64,000 bases of DNA from an uncultured bacterium. GTDB taxonomy: Bacteria; Desulfobacterota_D; UBA1144; Nemesobacterales; UBA2774. A program made the position numbers and the translations under genes. Shown here in pieces: positions 18,271 through 27,897 of the stretch. Position 1 is the stretch's first letter; each line of letters opens with the position of its first letter. The notes under the pieces were generated by a model. It did not search any database. It was not told where the DNA came from and worked only from the letters and a program-made list of their open reading frames with translations. The DNA lies in NCBI GenBank assembly GCA_963825135.1, contig CAWGRW010000009.1:1056001-1120000 (forward strand), in the 5' to 3' direction.

Positions 18271-20055
18271 ATGCCGTCCATGGGAGAAACCCTCAATTCC
18301 GTCCTGTCATACCTAAGCCCTCTTGACTGGGGCATCGTAGCGGCTTATCTGATTTTATCGTTAGTGGTCGGAGTCTATTTCACGAAGCGGGCGAGTGGCA
18401 GCATGTCTTCTTACTTCGTCTCCGACAGAAATATGTCCTGGTGGCTTTTGGGCACGTCTATGGTGGCGACGACTTTTGCCGCGGATACCCCGCTCGCCGT
18501 TACAGGCTGGATCAGGACCGAGGGAATATGGAAGAACTGGTTCTGGTGGAATTACGTATTCAGCCACGTCTTCATTGTCCTCGTGTTCGCGAGGCTCTGG
18601 AGAAGGGCGGAAGTCATTACGGACAACGAGCTCATCGAGATGAGGTACAGCGGAAAACCGGCCGCCTTCCTGAGGGGATTCAAGGCGTTTTATTTCTCCA
18701 CTCTGTTCAATTTTATCGTGATGGGGTGGGTAATAAGCGCTATGGCGAAGGTCTTAAAAATATTTTTCGGCGTCGACACGATTGTGTCGATCGTAATATG
18801 TATATCCATAGCCTTTTTCTACACCATGATGTCGGGCATATGGGGCGTGGCGCTCACTGATTTCCTGCAGTACTTCATAGCGCTTATCGGTACCATTATT
18901 CTCGCCGCCGTCGTTATACGTTCGCCAGAGATTGGAGGGTATTCCGGTTTTTTAGAAAAGCTCGGCAGCATAGATCAAAAGCATTTAGCCTTTATCATGA
19001 CTCCCTCGGGCGGCAACCCCGTGAGCGGCGGGTTCTGGTCTTCGAGCTTCTTTACATTTCTCGTATACGTCACCGTTATCTGGTGGTCTTCCCATAACGC
19101 CGACGGCGGCGGGTATTTCATACAGAGGATGTGCTCGGCGAAGAACGAGCGGCATTCGGTTGCGGGGACGGCCTGGTTCGCCGTGAACCATTACATAATC
19201 CGCCTCTGGCCGTGGGTGCTCGTCGCGCTCGCCTCGTTGATTATCTATTCCGGGCCGGGCGCGGCCAATGGCGACAACGAAGCCATGTATATAGTCGTCA
19301 TCAGAGACTTCCTCGGGCCCGGGCTGAAGGGGCTCCTCTTCGTGAGCTTCCTCGCCGCCTTCATGTCTACGCTTTCGACCCAGCTCAACTGGGGCGCGTC
19401 TTATTTAATGAACGATGTTTATAGAAGATTCATAAATAAGGAAGCGGGCGAGAAGCACTACATACTGGTCTCGAGGATTTGCACGTTCGTCCTGACCATC
19501 CTGGCCGGATATTTCGCGCTCCATATTACTAACATTGGGAAGGCGTGGATATTCCTGTGGGCGATGAGCGCAGGCATCGGCCTGGTCCTGGTATTGAGGT
19601 GGTTCTGGTGGAGGATAAATGCGTGGTCCGAGATATCGGCCCTTGCCTCCTCTCTTCTCACTATTCTGGCAATAGTGATATATACGAGGGCAAAAGGCAT
19701 ACCGCTTGAGCTGAAGCATCAGGTGCTGGTGATACCCGTTTCAGTCGTTATATGGGTTGCGGTCACATTTCTTACGAAGCCCGAACCGGTTACGACCCTC
19801 TCCGGGTTCTACAAAAAGGTGCGGCCCTGGGGCTGGTGGAAGCCCGTGGTAGATTTAAACCCCGAGATAGAAAGACCCCGGTTCACTCCTGTCGTAATAA
19901 ATTGGATATTCGGAGTCTTCTGCATACTCTTTGGGATGACAGGGGTCGGAAAGGTCCTTCTGGGCTCGTTTTTATTGGGGGCTTCCATGATCGCCGTCTC
20001 GCTCGTATCCGGGTTAATCGTGTACTCGAGGCTGAAGAGAGAACTCGCCGACTGA
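18271..20055 (+). CDS. Sodium:solute symporter (SSS) family transporter
   Basis: More than 12 hydrophobic segments, 'SMVATTFAADTPL', 'QRMCSAKNE', 'AAFMST', 'LRWFWWRINAWSE'. Confidence 0.9.
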   Translation: MPSMGETLNSVLSYLSPLDWGIVAAYLILSLVVGVYFTKRASGSMSSYFVSDRNMSWWLLGTSMVATTFAADTPLAVTGWIRTEGIWKNWFWWNYVFSHVFIVLVFARLWRRAEVITDNELIEMRYSGKPAAFLRGFKAFYFSTLFNFIVMGWVISAMAKVLKIFFGVDTIVSIVICISIAFFYTMMSGIWGVALTDFLQYFIALIGTIILAAVVIRSPEIGGYSGFLEKLGSIDQKHLAFIMTPSGGNPVSGGFWSSSFFTFLVYVTVIWWSSHNADGGGYFIQRMCSAKNERHSVAGTAWFAVNHYIIRLWPWVLVALASLIIYSGPGAANGDNEAMYIVVIRDFLGPGLKGLLFVSFLAAFMSTLSTQLNWGASYLMNDVYRRFINKEAGEKHYILVSRICTFVLTILAGYFALHITNIGKAWIFLWAMSAGIGLVLVLRWFWWRINAWSEISALASSLLTILAIVIYTRAKGIPLELKHQVLVIPVSVVIWVAVTFLTKPEPVTTLSGFYKKVRPWGWWKPVVDLNPEIERPRFTPVVINWIFGVFCILFGMTGVGKVLLGSFLLGASMIAVSLVSGLIVYSRLKRELAD

Positions 20056-20136
20056 GAATCCGCATAAATCTTCGCGGCTTTAATTATCGCCGATATATGT
20101 TATAAATTATAAGTAGATGCGGATAGGGATTCCTGT

Positions 20137-20733
20137 ATGACAATAAAGATAAAAATTCTGAAACATCCTGAGCTTACCTGGTATGAGAGGTTATACCTGC
20201 CCCAGATCGTGGGGGGACTGATTATTACGCTCAGGCACTTGATAAATTTCAAGCCCATCACTATCCAGTACCCTGAGGAGGTAAAGGAACTCCCGCCCAG
20301 GTACAGGGGACTCCATATACTGCCCGCCGACGATGACGGCGAGATAAGGTGTGTCGCGTGCAAGCTCTGCGAGGTGGCGTGCCCGACTCAGGCGATATCC
20401 ATAGTAGCCGAGCCCGCTGATGATTACGGCATAGAACGAAGGCCAAAGGTGTACAATATTGACTTCATGAGGTGCGTTTTTTGCGGGTTTTGCGTCGAGG
20501 CGTGTCCCTGCGACGCCCTCAGGATGGGCATGAAATACGAGCTCGCTTCCTACAACAGGGCAGGGCTCGTACACACAAAAGAGGTATTCTTCGATCCGAA
20601 CGTTAAGAGCCATGCGCCCAGGGATAACGCGAATTTCCTTTACGAAATGGGTAAGGGAGAGGTTCTGGACAGGCCTGAAGATGTGGAGAACGTCAAAAAA
20701 CTCACCGGTATGTACACTCCCCCCCGTTCATAA
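20137..20733 (+). CDS. nuoI: NADH-quinone oxidoreductase subunit I-like 2x[4Fe-4S] protein
   Basis: 'TIQYPEE…RYRGLH', 'CVACKLCEVACP', 'RCVFCGFCVEACPCDAL'. Confidence 0.85.
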   Translation: MTIKIKILKHPELTWYERLYLPQIVGGLIITLRHLINFKPITIQYPEEVKELPPRYRGLHILPADDDGEIRCVACKLCEVACPTQAISIVAEPADDYGIERRPKVYNIDFMRCVFCGFCVEACPCDALRMGMKYELASYNRAGLVHTKEVFFDPNVKSHAPRDNANFLYEMGKGEVLDRPEDVENVKKLTGMYTPPRS

Positions 20734-20769
20734 TCTTCCGGGTATTGTTGCTCGAAAGGGCCAGTCAGG

Positions 20770-21786
20770 CTACGAAATTTTACTCCGTACCCAGCATACG
20801 GCGAATGAAGCGCCGCAATAAATATAATAAAAGAAGTGCATGGGCACCGCGAGGAGCGTAAATCCTATTCCCCGGTTTTTAAGAAAGAAACCATATAGGT
20901 CCCTGTTGAGTATGAGTAGCGCAGCAATTATCGCCCCGCCGCCGTAAGCGGCAATCTCCAATATTTCTCTATTGCAGACACCGAATATTCCTAAAACTAG
21001 TGTCGTAATGCAGACGAGCAGCAATCCTGACAGTACCGAGCTCACCCTGTCCGAGATGCGCAGGTTCATGTCCTCGGGTATCAGCCCGGTCTCGATTATC
21101 AGCTTCGACCAGGGCATAGCCCGGCTGAAAATATCGGTCTTTACAACGGAGCGGAAGTCCCAGCGCTTGAGGTGCGTTACCTGAATGCGTTTATCGAGCA
21201 ATATTCTATGACCCCTCTGCGACATTCTATATCCGAATTCAATATCCTCTATAGACGGAGTCGGGAACCTGTCGCGGTCAAAGCCTCCGAGCTCAAAAAA
21301 TACGCCTCTTCTCACGGCGCCGCATCCGGCCCAGAATGTTTTCGCATCGTCGAGCGATCGCTGATGGACGTAATGGTGGAGCAGGTTCCGGTACTGCGAC
21401 ATAAAATCGGGGGCGGAGGGGCGATCGTCGTAAGATCCGAAGACAGCCGAGATTTGCGGGTTTTCGGTAAAGCGGTCAGCGAACTGTCCCAATGTACGCA
21501 CGGCGACTACAACGTCCGAATCTATGAACAGGAGTATCTCCCCCGCGGCGCTTTTGGCCCCTTCGTTCCGCGCCACCCCGGGTCCCGACTGTCCCCCGAG
21601 CCCGATAACCGAAACACCGAGGCCCCGGCATATTTCTACCGTGTTATCGGTGGATGCATCGTCTACTACGATGATCTCAAAGGATCTGTAGATGGAGTTC
21701 CCTAGCGCAACGATACACTCTGTAATGTGCCTGCTTCCGTTATGTACGGGTATTATCACTGAGATATATGGATTTAACGATTCCAC
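20770..21786 (-). CDS. Family 2 glycosyltransferase with C-terminal TM helices
   Basis: 'SVIIPVHN', 'VDDASTD', 'ARNEG', 'FIDSD', 'EDIEFGYR'. Confidence 0.9.
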   Translation of the reverse strand: MESLNPYISVIIPVHNGSRHITECIVALGNSIYRSFEIIVVDDASTDNTVEICRGLGVSVIGLGGQSGPGVARNEGAKSAAGEILLFIDSDVVVAVRTLGQFADRFTENPQISAVFGSYDDRPSAPDFMSQYRNLLHHYVHQRSLDDAKTFWAGCGAVRRGVFFELGGFDRDRFPTPSIEDIEFGYRMSQRGHRILLDKRIQVTHLKRWDFRSVVKTDIFSRAMPWSKLIIETGLIPEDMNLRISDRVSSVLSGLLLVCITTLVLGIFGVCNREILEIAAYGGGAIIAALLILNRDLYGFFLKNRGIGFTLLAVPMHFFYYIYCGASFAVCWVRSKIS

Positions 21787-21859
21787 AACACACCCTGTTT
21801 CAATTGATGCTGTAATGATATATGCGGCATTGGAGCATGTCCGGCTGACACATCGGGGA

Positions 21860-23713
21860 TCAGCTCCCGGAGGTAGCTAATTCGTAATATTCTCCCTTTC
21901 GCTCCATAAGCTCTTTTTCGGTGCCTGTCTCCGAGACCCTGCCTCCGTTGAGCACAATGAGCTGTTCGGCGTTCTTGATCGTCGAGAGCCTGTGCGCGAT
22001 GATTATGACCGTCCTGTTTTTACTTAGGTCGGTAATCGCCTTATGAATGAGCTCTTCAGTTCTGGTGTCGAGAGAGCTGGTAGCTTCGTCGAGTATAAGT
22101 ATCTCCGGATTCTTCAATATCGCCCTCGCAATGGATATCCTCTGCCGCTGTCCCCCCGAGAGCCTTATGCCCCTTTCTCCAAGGATAGTATCGTAGCCCT
22201 GGGGCAGCTCGGCGATGAACTCTTCGGCGCCGGCCCTCCTCGCGGCGTCGGCAATAATGTCCCCGGTCGGCTCGTGCGCGAGGCCGAAAGCGATGTTGTT
22301 CCGGACCGTGTCATTGAATATAAAAGTATCCTGACTGACTATGCCAATATTGCGGCGGTAAGAATCGACCGTCATGTTCATGAGCGGCTCGTCGTCAATA
22401 TAAACCGTGCCTCCCTGCGGGTCGTAGAATCGCAGGAGCAGATTGATGACCGTGGATTTCCCCGCCCCGGATTTCCCTACAATAGCGGTCGTTTTGCCTT
22501 TAGGGATAAAAAAGTCCGCGTTTGACAGGGCATTTTTCCCGTCACCGTTGTAAGAGAAAGTGACCGAATCGAATCTTATACCGCTGCCAAGACCTCGGTA
22601 GGGCTTGTGTCCGTCCATGATGAGGGGTTTATTGTCGAGCCGTATTAGATCGTATACCGTACCGAAGGCGGGCAGCCTGCTCGCTATTATACCCCTTGCC
22701 TGATTTATCTGTTTGATGACCGGCAGTATGCGTGCAAGTATGTAAATGAATGGCAGCAGCTGAGTCAGCACAAGCCTGTAATCCATATCGGAGCTCTTGA
22801 TAGCTATTAAGAATAGAATCCCTATGGCGAGGACTCCGACGGCTTCCGTGATAATGTGGACCATGAACGTTGAAAAATTCAGATTGAGGTGGTTTGCCGC
22901 GTGTTTTTCGATTTGGCTCCTTAACTTGAGCGTCTGTTCTCTTTCTTTCGAAAATGATTTGATAACGTGTATCCCCGAGAGGTTTTCCTGCAGGGACGCG
23001 GTAAGCTCTCTCCCGCTGTCAACGAGCCTGAGCCCGTAGAAGGATATTTTTGTTATATATATAGACACCCCGAGCGCTATGATTGCGGAGAGAACGATTG
23101 TAACCGCCGTAAGTTTCCAGGAGAAGACAATCAGGAGAGCGAGGAGTATGAGGAAGGACATAACGAGATTAATCATCTCTATTAGTTTCTTGATTACCTC
23201 ATCGGTGAGGATGGTGTTATAGACAATATTCTCTACGAGTTCTCCCGTCTTTACGTCGTTATAGAACCCGATTCCAACCGCCATGAGCGTATTTACCAGG
23301 CGTATCCTCAGATCCTCGATCAGTCTTGCGGTCAGCCAGAATCCGAGGTAATACGTTACGGCCAGTATGAGGTTTTTTATAATAAGGGCCAGCACGACCA
23401 AAGAGAGTGATAGAAGAATCTGCTTTTCGATCGGATACCCTGAAAAGATTTTAATGACCGACCGCAGGGCCTCGGGGAGTTGACTGTAATTCTTGATCTG
23501 CTGGATTCCGCCCAGGAGCGGAACCAGCATCCCTATCGAAATACCGTCGAAAGCGGCGGCGAAAAATGACAATACGATCAATAAAGCGATGTATTTTCTA
23601 AACGGCTTTAGTAAATCGTATACGAATTTCCTTTTCAGCCTGGTGTCGTTCGTCAATTCTGTCATCCCGGTCGGAGCTTGTAATATTGCCTGACAAAATG
23701 ATATTTTACTCAA
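21860..23713 (-). CDS. ABC exporter, fused permease/ATPase (MsbA/PglK/HepA-like)
   Basis: About 6 TM segments, Walker A GKSGAGKS, LSGGQRQR signature, ILDEATS, AHRLST. Confidence 0.9.
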   Translation of the reverse strand: MSKISFCQAILQAPTGMTELTNDTRLKRKFVYDLLKPFRKYIALLIVLSFFAAAFDGISIGMLVPLLGGIQQIKNYSQLPEALRSVIKIFSGYPIEKQILLSLSLVVLALIIKNLILAVTYYLGFWLTARLIEDLRIRLVNTLMAVGIGFYNDVKTGELVENIVYNTILTDEVIKKLIEMINLVMSFLILLALLIVFSWKLTAVTIVLSAIIALGVSIYITKISFYGLRLVDSGRELTASLQENLSGIHVIKSFSKEREQTLKLRSQIEKHAANHLNLNFSTFMVHIITEAVGVLAIGILFLIAIKSSDMDYRLVLTQLLPFIYILARILPVIKQINQARGIIASRLPAFGTVYDLIRLDNKPLIMDGHKPYRGLGSGIRFDSVTFSYNGDGKNALSNADFFIPKGKTTAIVGKSGAGKSTVINLLLRFYDPQGGTVYIDDEPLMNMTVDSYRRNIGIVSQDTFIFNDTVRNNIAFGLAHEPTGDIIADAARRAGAEEFIAELPQGYDTILGERGIRLSGGQRQRISIARAILKNPEILILDEATSSLDTRTEELIHKAITDLSKNRTVIIIAHRLSTIKNAEQLIVLNGGRVSETGTEKELMERKGEYYELATSGS

Positions 23714-23786
23714 TTTGCGGAGAGTTGTAACAGCCTTCCCAGACCTGGCGGGAGAATGATCACGGCGGGGAATCTCTCGGGCGGCA

Positions 23787-24116
23787 TCAATATCTTTGTC
23801 TCAATAGAACGATGCGGTTATATATCCACCCCATCAGGGCGCCGCTTATTGTTCCGGCGGCGAATCCGTAGATAAAACCGATAATGCTTCCCAGGAACGA
23901 TACCTTGTACCCGATAAAAAACTGACCCAGAAGCTGCAAATGCGGACCCATGACATACTGTCCCGAGAGGCCCTGCTGCGGGCCTTTCAGCACGAGCCAG
24001 TTCGTTGCTATAAATATGACCAGCCCGAAAATTATTCCGAGGATCAAACCCAGGACCTTCGCGTTTAATAACGCCACCGCTTGAAGCAGTTTCTCTTCTT
24101 CCGTCTTACCGCTCAT
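23787..24116 (-). CDS. Small membrane protein paralogous to the C-terminus of the upstream oxidoreductase
   Basis: RBS GCCGGAG, two hydrophobic segments flanking 'GPHLQLLGQFFIGYKVSF'. Confidence 0.8.
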   Translation of the reverse strand: MSGKTEEEKLLQAVALLNAKVLGLILGIIFGLVIFIATNWLVLKGPQQGLSGQYVMGPHLQLLGQFFIGYKVSFLGSIIGFIYGFAAGTISGALMGWIYNRIVLLRQRY

Positions 24117-24128
24117 ATCTCCGGCCTT

Positions 24129-26036
24129 TTATATATAATCGATAAAATTCTTGAATGAGGAAATCTCTCTCTCCTTTTTGATCTTGAAAATAAAAATACC
24201 GGTGAAGATGTTCTTTAAGTATGCAAAAAGCCACCCTGAAATGAAACCCCACAGGAAGGCATACCCGAAACCGATGATCGCGCCCTTGAAAGTAACGGAA
24301 TAACCGGCGAAGTATTGATTGAGAAGCGCCAGAGTGGGCCCGACGGTCTGCCCGTCTTTCAGTATGAGGAGCAGGGTGGAAAGGAAAACGGCAAGCCCGC
24401 AAACAGACCCTGCCGAAACCGCGAGGGCGAATTTATCCAGCCGCGCGAAAGCCTTGATAATCGTCTGGTCGAGCGAGGAATTACTTCCGGCGTAAGCGGG
24501 CTCAGGCACCATAGGCTGCGTCCGGGCCAAGTCTCGAAATTCGCCCAGGTCGTCTTCCCTCTCGTACGCTTCCTGCTCGTGGTATTCCTGATCTGCGTTC
24601 ACTTTCCACAGGTCGTAATCGGCCCCCAGTATGTTCTTTACCGCGAGCATGGCGGTCAACATGGAATGGTCCTGATTGTTATATTTATGCATCCCGTTCC
24701 GCCCGACAAGCTGTAAATTCGGGACTTGCCCGAGGTATTGTCGGATGATCCTCAGGGATTCGCGGTACCCCGAGTCGTAGACCGGATAGGCCTTGGGCAT
24801 CCTGACCACCGAGCCGTCCTCGACAAGGGAGGTGTCGACAAGCTTTAACTGTTCGAGCTCTCTTTTTGCGAGGTCTATAAGCTCACTGTCGCTCATCGAC
24901 CAGAGCCCGTCCCCTTCAAAACAGAAGTATTCTAGGCCCAGGCAGGTTTTTTTCGGGTCGGGAACCATGTCTCCGCTCCAGTTCTTGAAGTTTTGAATCC
25001 TGCCTAATCTTACCCCGGGTTCGTGTATATATATCCAGTTATCGGGAAATACCTCCGCCTGGTTGACTATCAGGGACACCGTAAGGAAATCCCTGTAATT
25101 AAGGGCGGAGGCGGCATTCACCACCTCTTCGGGCGGCGCCGGTTCGAGCTTCCGGATGAGCTCCCTTATCGGCATGCTGCTGATGAAGTCGGTTCCATAT
25201 ATATATTTCTCCGCTCCGTTCTCATTTATCCCGATCTTTTCTATCATACCGTGGTTCAAGTAAATCTTTCGTACATCCGAATTAAGCAATAGTTCGCTTC
25301 CGTCTCCGGTAATCTTGGCGGCTACGGTCTCCCACATCATACCGGGCCCGAATCTCGGGTAATCGAAGCTGTCGATAAGGGTCTTTATCGTTTCTTTATT
25401 GTCAGAATTATTTTCCCTGAGGAGGGCGTTCTTCAATGCCTGCAGCAGGGATAGCCCCTTTATCCTCTGAGCGGCCCATTCGGCGCTGATCTCGGTGCAG
25501 GCGATCCCCCATACCTTTTCAGTATAGGTCTTGAAAAAGAGACCGTAAAGACGTCTTCCGAACCGGTTTGATACCCATTTATCGAATGTATCCTCAGGCA
25601 GCTCCGGCGAGAGCTGGGATTTCAGGTAGCTCGCGGCGATAAGAAGGCTGTTCCAGACTCCGAGGCCGAAGAGCGCGTTAGTAAGCCTGAACGGATAGTA
25701 AAAAAAAGTGTTTTTATAATATATTCGCGAGAGCCTTTCTCTTTTTAGAAAGTCGTCCCCCAGCACCTCCAGCCACATGCGCTCCACAACTTTTACCTTG
25801 GTAAAAAAACGGTGCCCCCCTATATCGAAACGGTATCCCTTGTAATTTACCGTTCTGGCGAGACCCCCGACTACGCCGTCTTTTTCAACAACTGTAGATT
25901 TTATCCCGGCTTTCGAAAGCTCATAGGCGGCCGTGAGACCCGCGGGGCCGCCCCCTATTATCACTACCGTTTTATCTCTTTCGTTATTTTTTGATTCGGA
26001 TCCGTTCTTCATATCGTTAATAAATGAGGGCATCAA
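24129..26036 (-). CDS. FAD/NAD(P)-dependent oxidoreductase (Glf/HemY-like) with fused C-terminal membrane domain
   Basis: GGGPAGL dinucleotide motif, 'FDIGGHRFFTK', 'FPDNWIYIH', 'GRNGMHKYNNQDHSM'. Real start may be 26012. Confidence 0.85.
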   Translation of the reverse strand: MMPSFINDMKNGSESKNNERDKTVVIIGGGPAGLTAAYELSKAGIKSTVVEKDGVVGGLARTVNYKGYRFDIGGHRFFTKVKVVERMWLEVLGDDFLKRERLSRIYYKNTFFYYPFRLTNALFGLGVWNSLLIAASYLKSQLSPELPEDTFDKWVSNRFGRRLYGLFFKTYTEKVWGIACTEISAEWAAQRIKGLSLLQALKNALLRENNSDNKETIKTLIDSFDYPRFGPGMMWETVAAKITGDGSELLLNSDVRKIYLNHGMIEKIGINENGAEKYIYGTDFISSMPIRELIRKLEPAPPEEVVNAASALNYRDFLTVSLIVNQAEVFPDNWIYIHEPGVRLGRIQNFKNWSGDMVPDPKKTCLGLEYFCFEGDGLWSMSDSELIDLAKRELEQLKLVDTSLVEDGSVVRMPKAYPVYDSGYRESLRIIRQYLGQVPNLQLVGRNGMHKYNNQDHSMLTAMLAVKNILGADYDLWKVNADQEYHEQEAYEREDDLGEFRDLARTQPMVPEPAYAGSNSSLDQTIIKAFARLDKFALAVSAGSVCGLAVFLSTLLLILKDGQTVGPTLALLNQYFAGYSVTFKGAIIGFGYAFLWGFISGWLFAYLKNIFTGIFIFKIKKEREISSFKNFIDYI

Positions 26037-26079
26037 ACCCTTGAACGCTCGGAAGCCCTCAAAACGGGTATTGCCCGCC

Positions 26080-27897
26080 CTAATCGGTCGAGGATTGACC
26101 GGCTTTATACCTGCTATACCAGGGAGTGAGCCTCAGGGCGCCGGCAATAGTCGATTTCAGCTGGCTTCGCTCAGTAACCAGATGGATACCGCCCCGTTTT
26201 GAAAAGAATTCGGAGGTCATCGTATTGGGGTCAACCCCCCTGCCGCCGCTCGTTAGCTTTACAACCCTGTCGCCCGCGAAGGCGATCGTAGCTTTCTTCT
26301 CCGCGATAATAAAATCCCCCTGAACGGCATAGCTCGCAAGCGCCCCGCCCGTAGTCGGGTGTCCCAATACGGAAATAAAAGGCAGGCCGGACTCTTTTAA
26401 TTTGAGAATTGCCGAGATCGTTTTAGCCATTTGATAAAGCGCTACCGTTCCCTCCTGCATCCTCGCCCCGCCCGAAGCGGTAACGCATATGAGCGGAAGG
26501 TCTTGCGTGATCGCGTATTCGGCTATGATCTTCATCTTTTCACCGAACACGGCTCCCATGGAGCCTCCCATGAACCTGAATTCACTCACTGCCACGGCGA
26601 CAGGCAGGTCGAATATCTCACCGTACCCCACGACCAGCGAATCTTTCGAATCGATCCGGCCCGCGTTTTTTTTGCGGGTATCGCTATAGTCGTGAAAGTT
26701 GAATCTCAAATCGATGTCGTCCACGCTCAGGTCGGAGTGAAGCTCGTGGAAGGAGTCATTGTTCAGTAGGAGATCTATATAGTCGTGCGAACCTATAGGG
26801 TTCGGTTTCTCGCAGTAGGGGCATGCGTAGTAATTTTTCTGGAATTCCTCCTTCGCGAAATGTTTACGGCATCCCGCCCTCACGATCTTTCCTTCCTGAT
26901 CCTTTTCGTCGTTGCAGAAATGGGGTTCCGCTCCATACAGCGCGATCTGCATGTGTGAGACCTCGGGAGTCGTGGTCCGGGAGAAAGAATAATGGGGGAG
27001 CCAGCTTTTTATTTTCCTCGTAATGGCGTGGTAGGTGTGCTCCCGTTTTTCCACCTCTCCGCACTCCTGTATTCTTCTTACGAGGTTATTATGCAGGTAT
27101 CTGATATCGGATTTTTCGAGCTCATCGGTTGCGGACAGCACCGTTTTCTCAATATTTATAAGTACTTTCCTTCTGTAGTCCGAGCTGTCGAGCGCGGGCT
27201 CTTTGATAACCTTGTCCACGATTCCGTACTTGAGCATAAAATCGGAAGTGGGCTGGAGCACCTCGAGCGCCCCTTCTATATTATCAGCGCTCCGGAAGAG
27301 GATAGCGGAGCACCCTTCGGCCGTTATTACCGAGTATTCGGCGCGGGAAAGCATGTACCTCTTGTGCGCGAGCTGCAACGCTATAGCGCCACCGCTGCCA
27401 CCGCTGCCAATGACTATCGAGATCGACTTGGTCTTAAGTGAGATCATCTTGGCCTGACAGTCGGATATGAGCCACGACTGCAGCTTCCCGGCTGAATATT
27501 CGAACGGATCGCCGCCGATCGTATCCACAAACGTATGGAGCATGAGGCCGTTCTCTTCCGCATAGTTCATCATATTGTAAGAAATGGCGTAACCGTCGGC
27601 TTTCACAAGCCCGTAATTGAGCTTCGCCCTCTCTGCGTCGCCGGAAGGCATTTGCTGCGCTATTACCGCGACTCGTTTATTGGTCTTATTCAGCACCGCG
27701 GTTCCGACGATGACGGCCTGATCATCCACGATCTCGATTGCCATACCGGAAGGCGCCAGAACATACATCGGGAAATCGGGGATTTCATAATAGGGTACGA
27801 AATCCCTGTACAGGTAATCGACTATATCCTTTGACTTTATCTTGTTATAAGACCTTGACTGCTCGTGTATTAAAGTCAGTTTCGAAGGACGGCTCAT
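26080..27897 (-). CDS. Fused acyl-CoA carboxylase carboxyltransferase, alpha (AccA) then beta (AccD)
   Basis: N half has 'GSGGSGGAIAL' and 'YSVITAEGCSAILF' (AccA). C half has CPYC, 'FRFMGGSMG', 'SGGARMQEG', 'PTTGG' and 'FAGDRVV' (AccD). Confidence 0.88.
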   Translation of the reverse strand: MSRPSKLTLIHEQSRSYNKIKSKDIVDYLYRDFVPYYEIPDFPMYVLAPSGMAIEIVDDQAVIVGTAVLNKTNKRVAVIAQQMPSGDAERAKLNYGLVKADGYAISYNMMNYAEENGLMLHTFVDTIGGDPFEYSAGKLQSWLISDCQAKMISLKTKSISIVIGSGGSGGAIALQLAHKRYMLSRAEYSVITAEGCSAILFRSADNIEGALEVLQPTSDFMLKYGIVDKVIKEPALDSSDYRRKVLINIEKTVLSATDELEKSDIRYLHNNLVRRIQECGEVEKREHTYHAITRKIKSWLPHYSFSRTTTPEVSHMQIALYGAEPHFCNDEKDQEGKIVRAGCRKHFAKEEFQKNYYACPYCEKPNPIGSHDYIDLLLNNDSFHELHSDLSVDDIDLRFNFHDYSDTRKKNAGRIDSKDSLVVGYGEIFDLPVAVAVSEFRFMGGSMGAVFGEKMKIIAEYAITQDLPLICVTASGGARMQEGTVALYQMAKTISAILKLKESGLPFISVLGHPTTGGALASYAVQGDFIIAEKKATIAFAGDRVVKLTSGGRGVDPNTMTSEFFSKRGGIHLVTERSQLKSTIAGALRLTPWYSRYKAGQSSTD

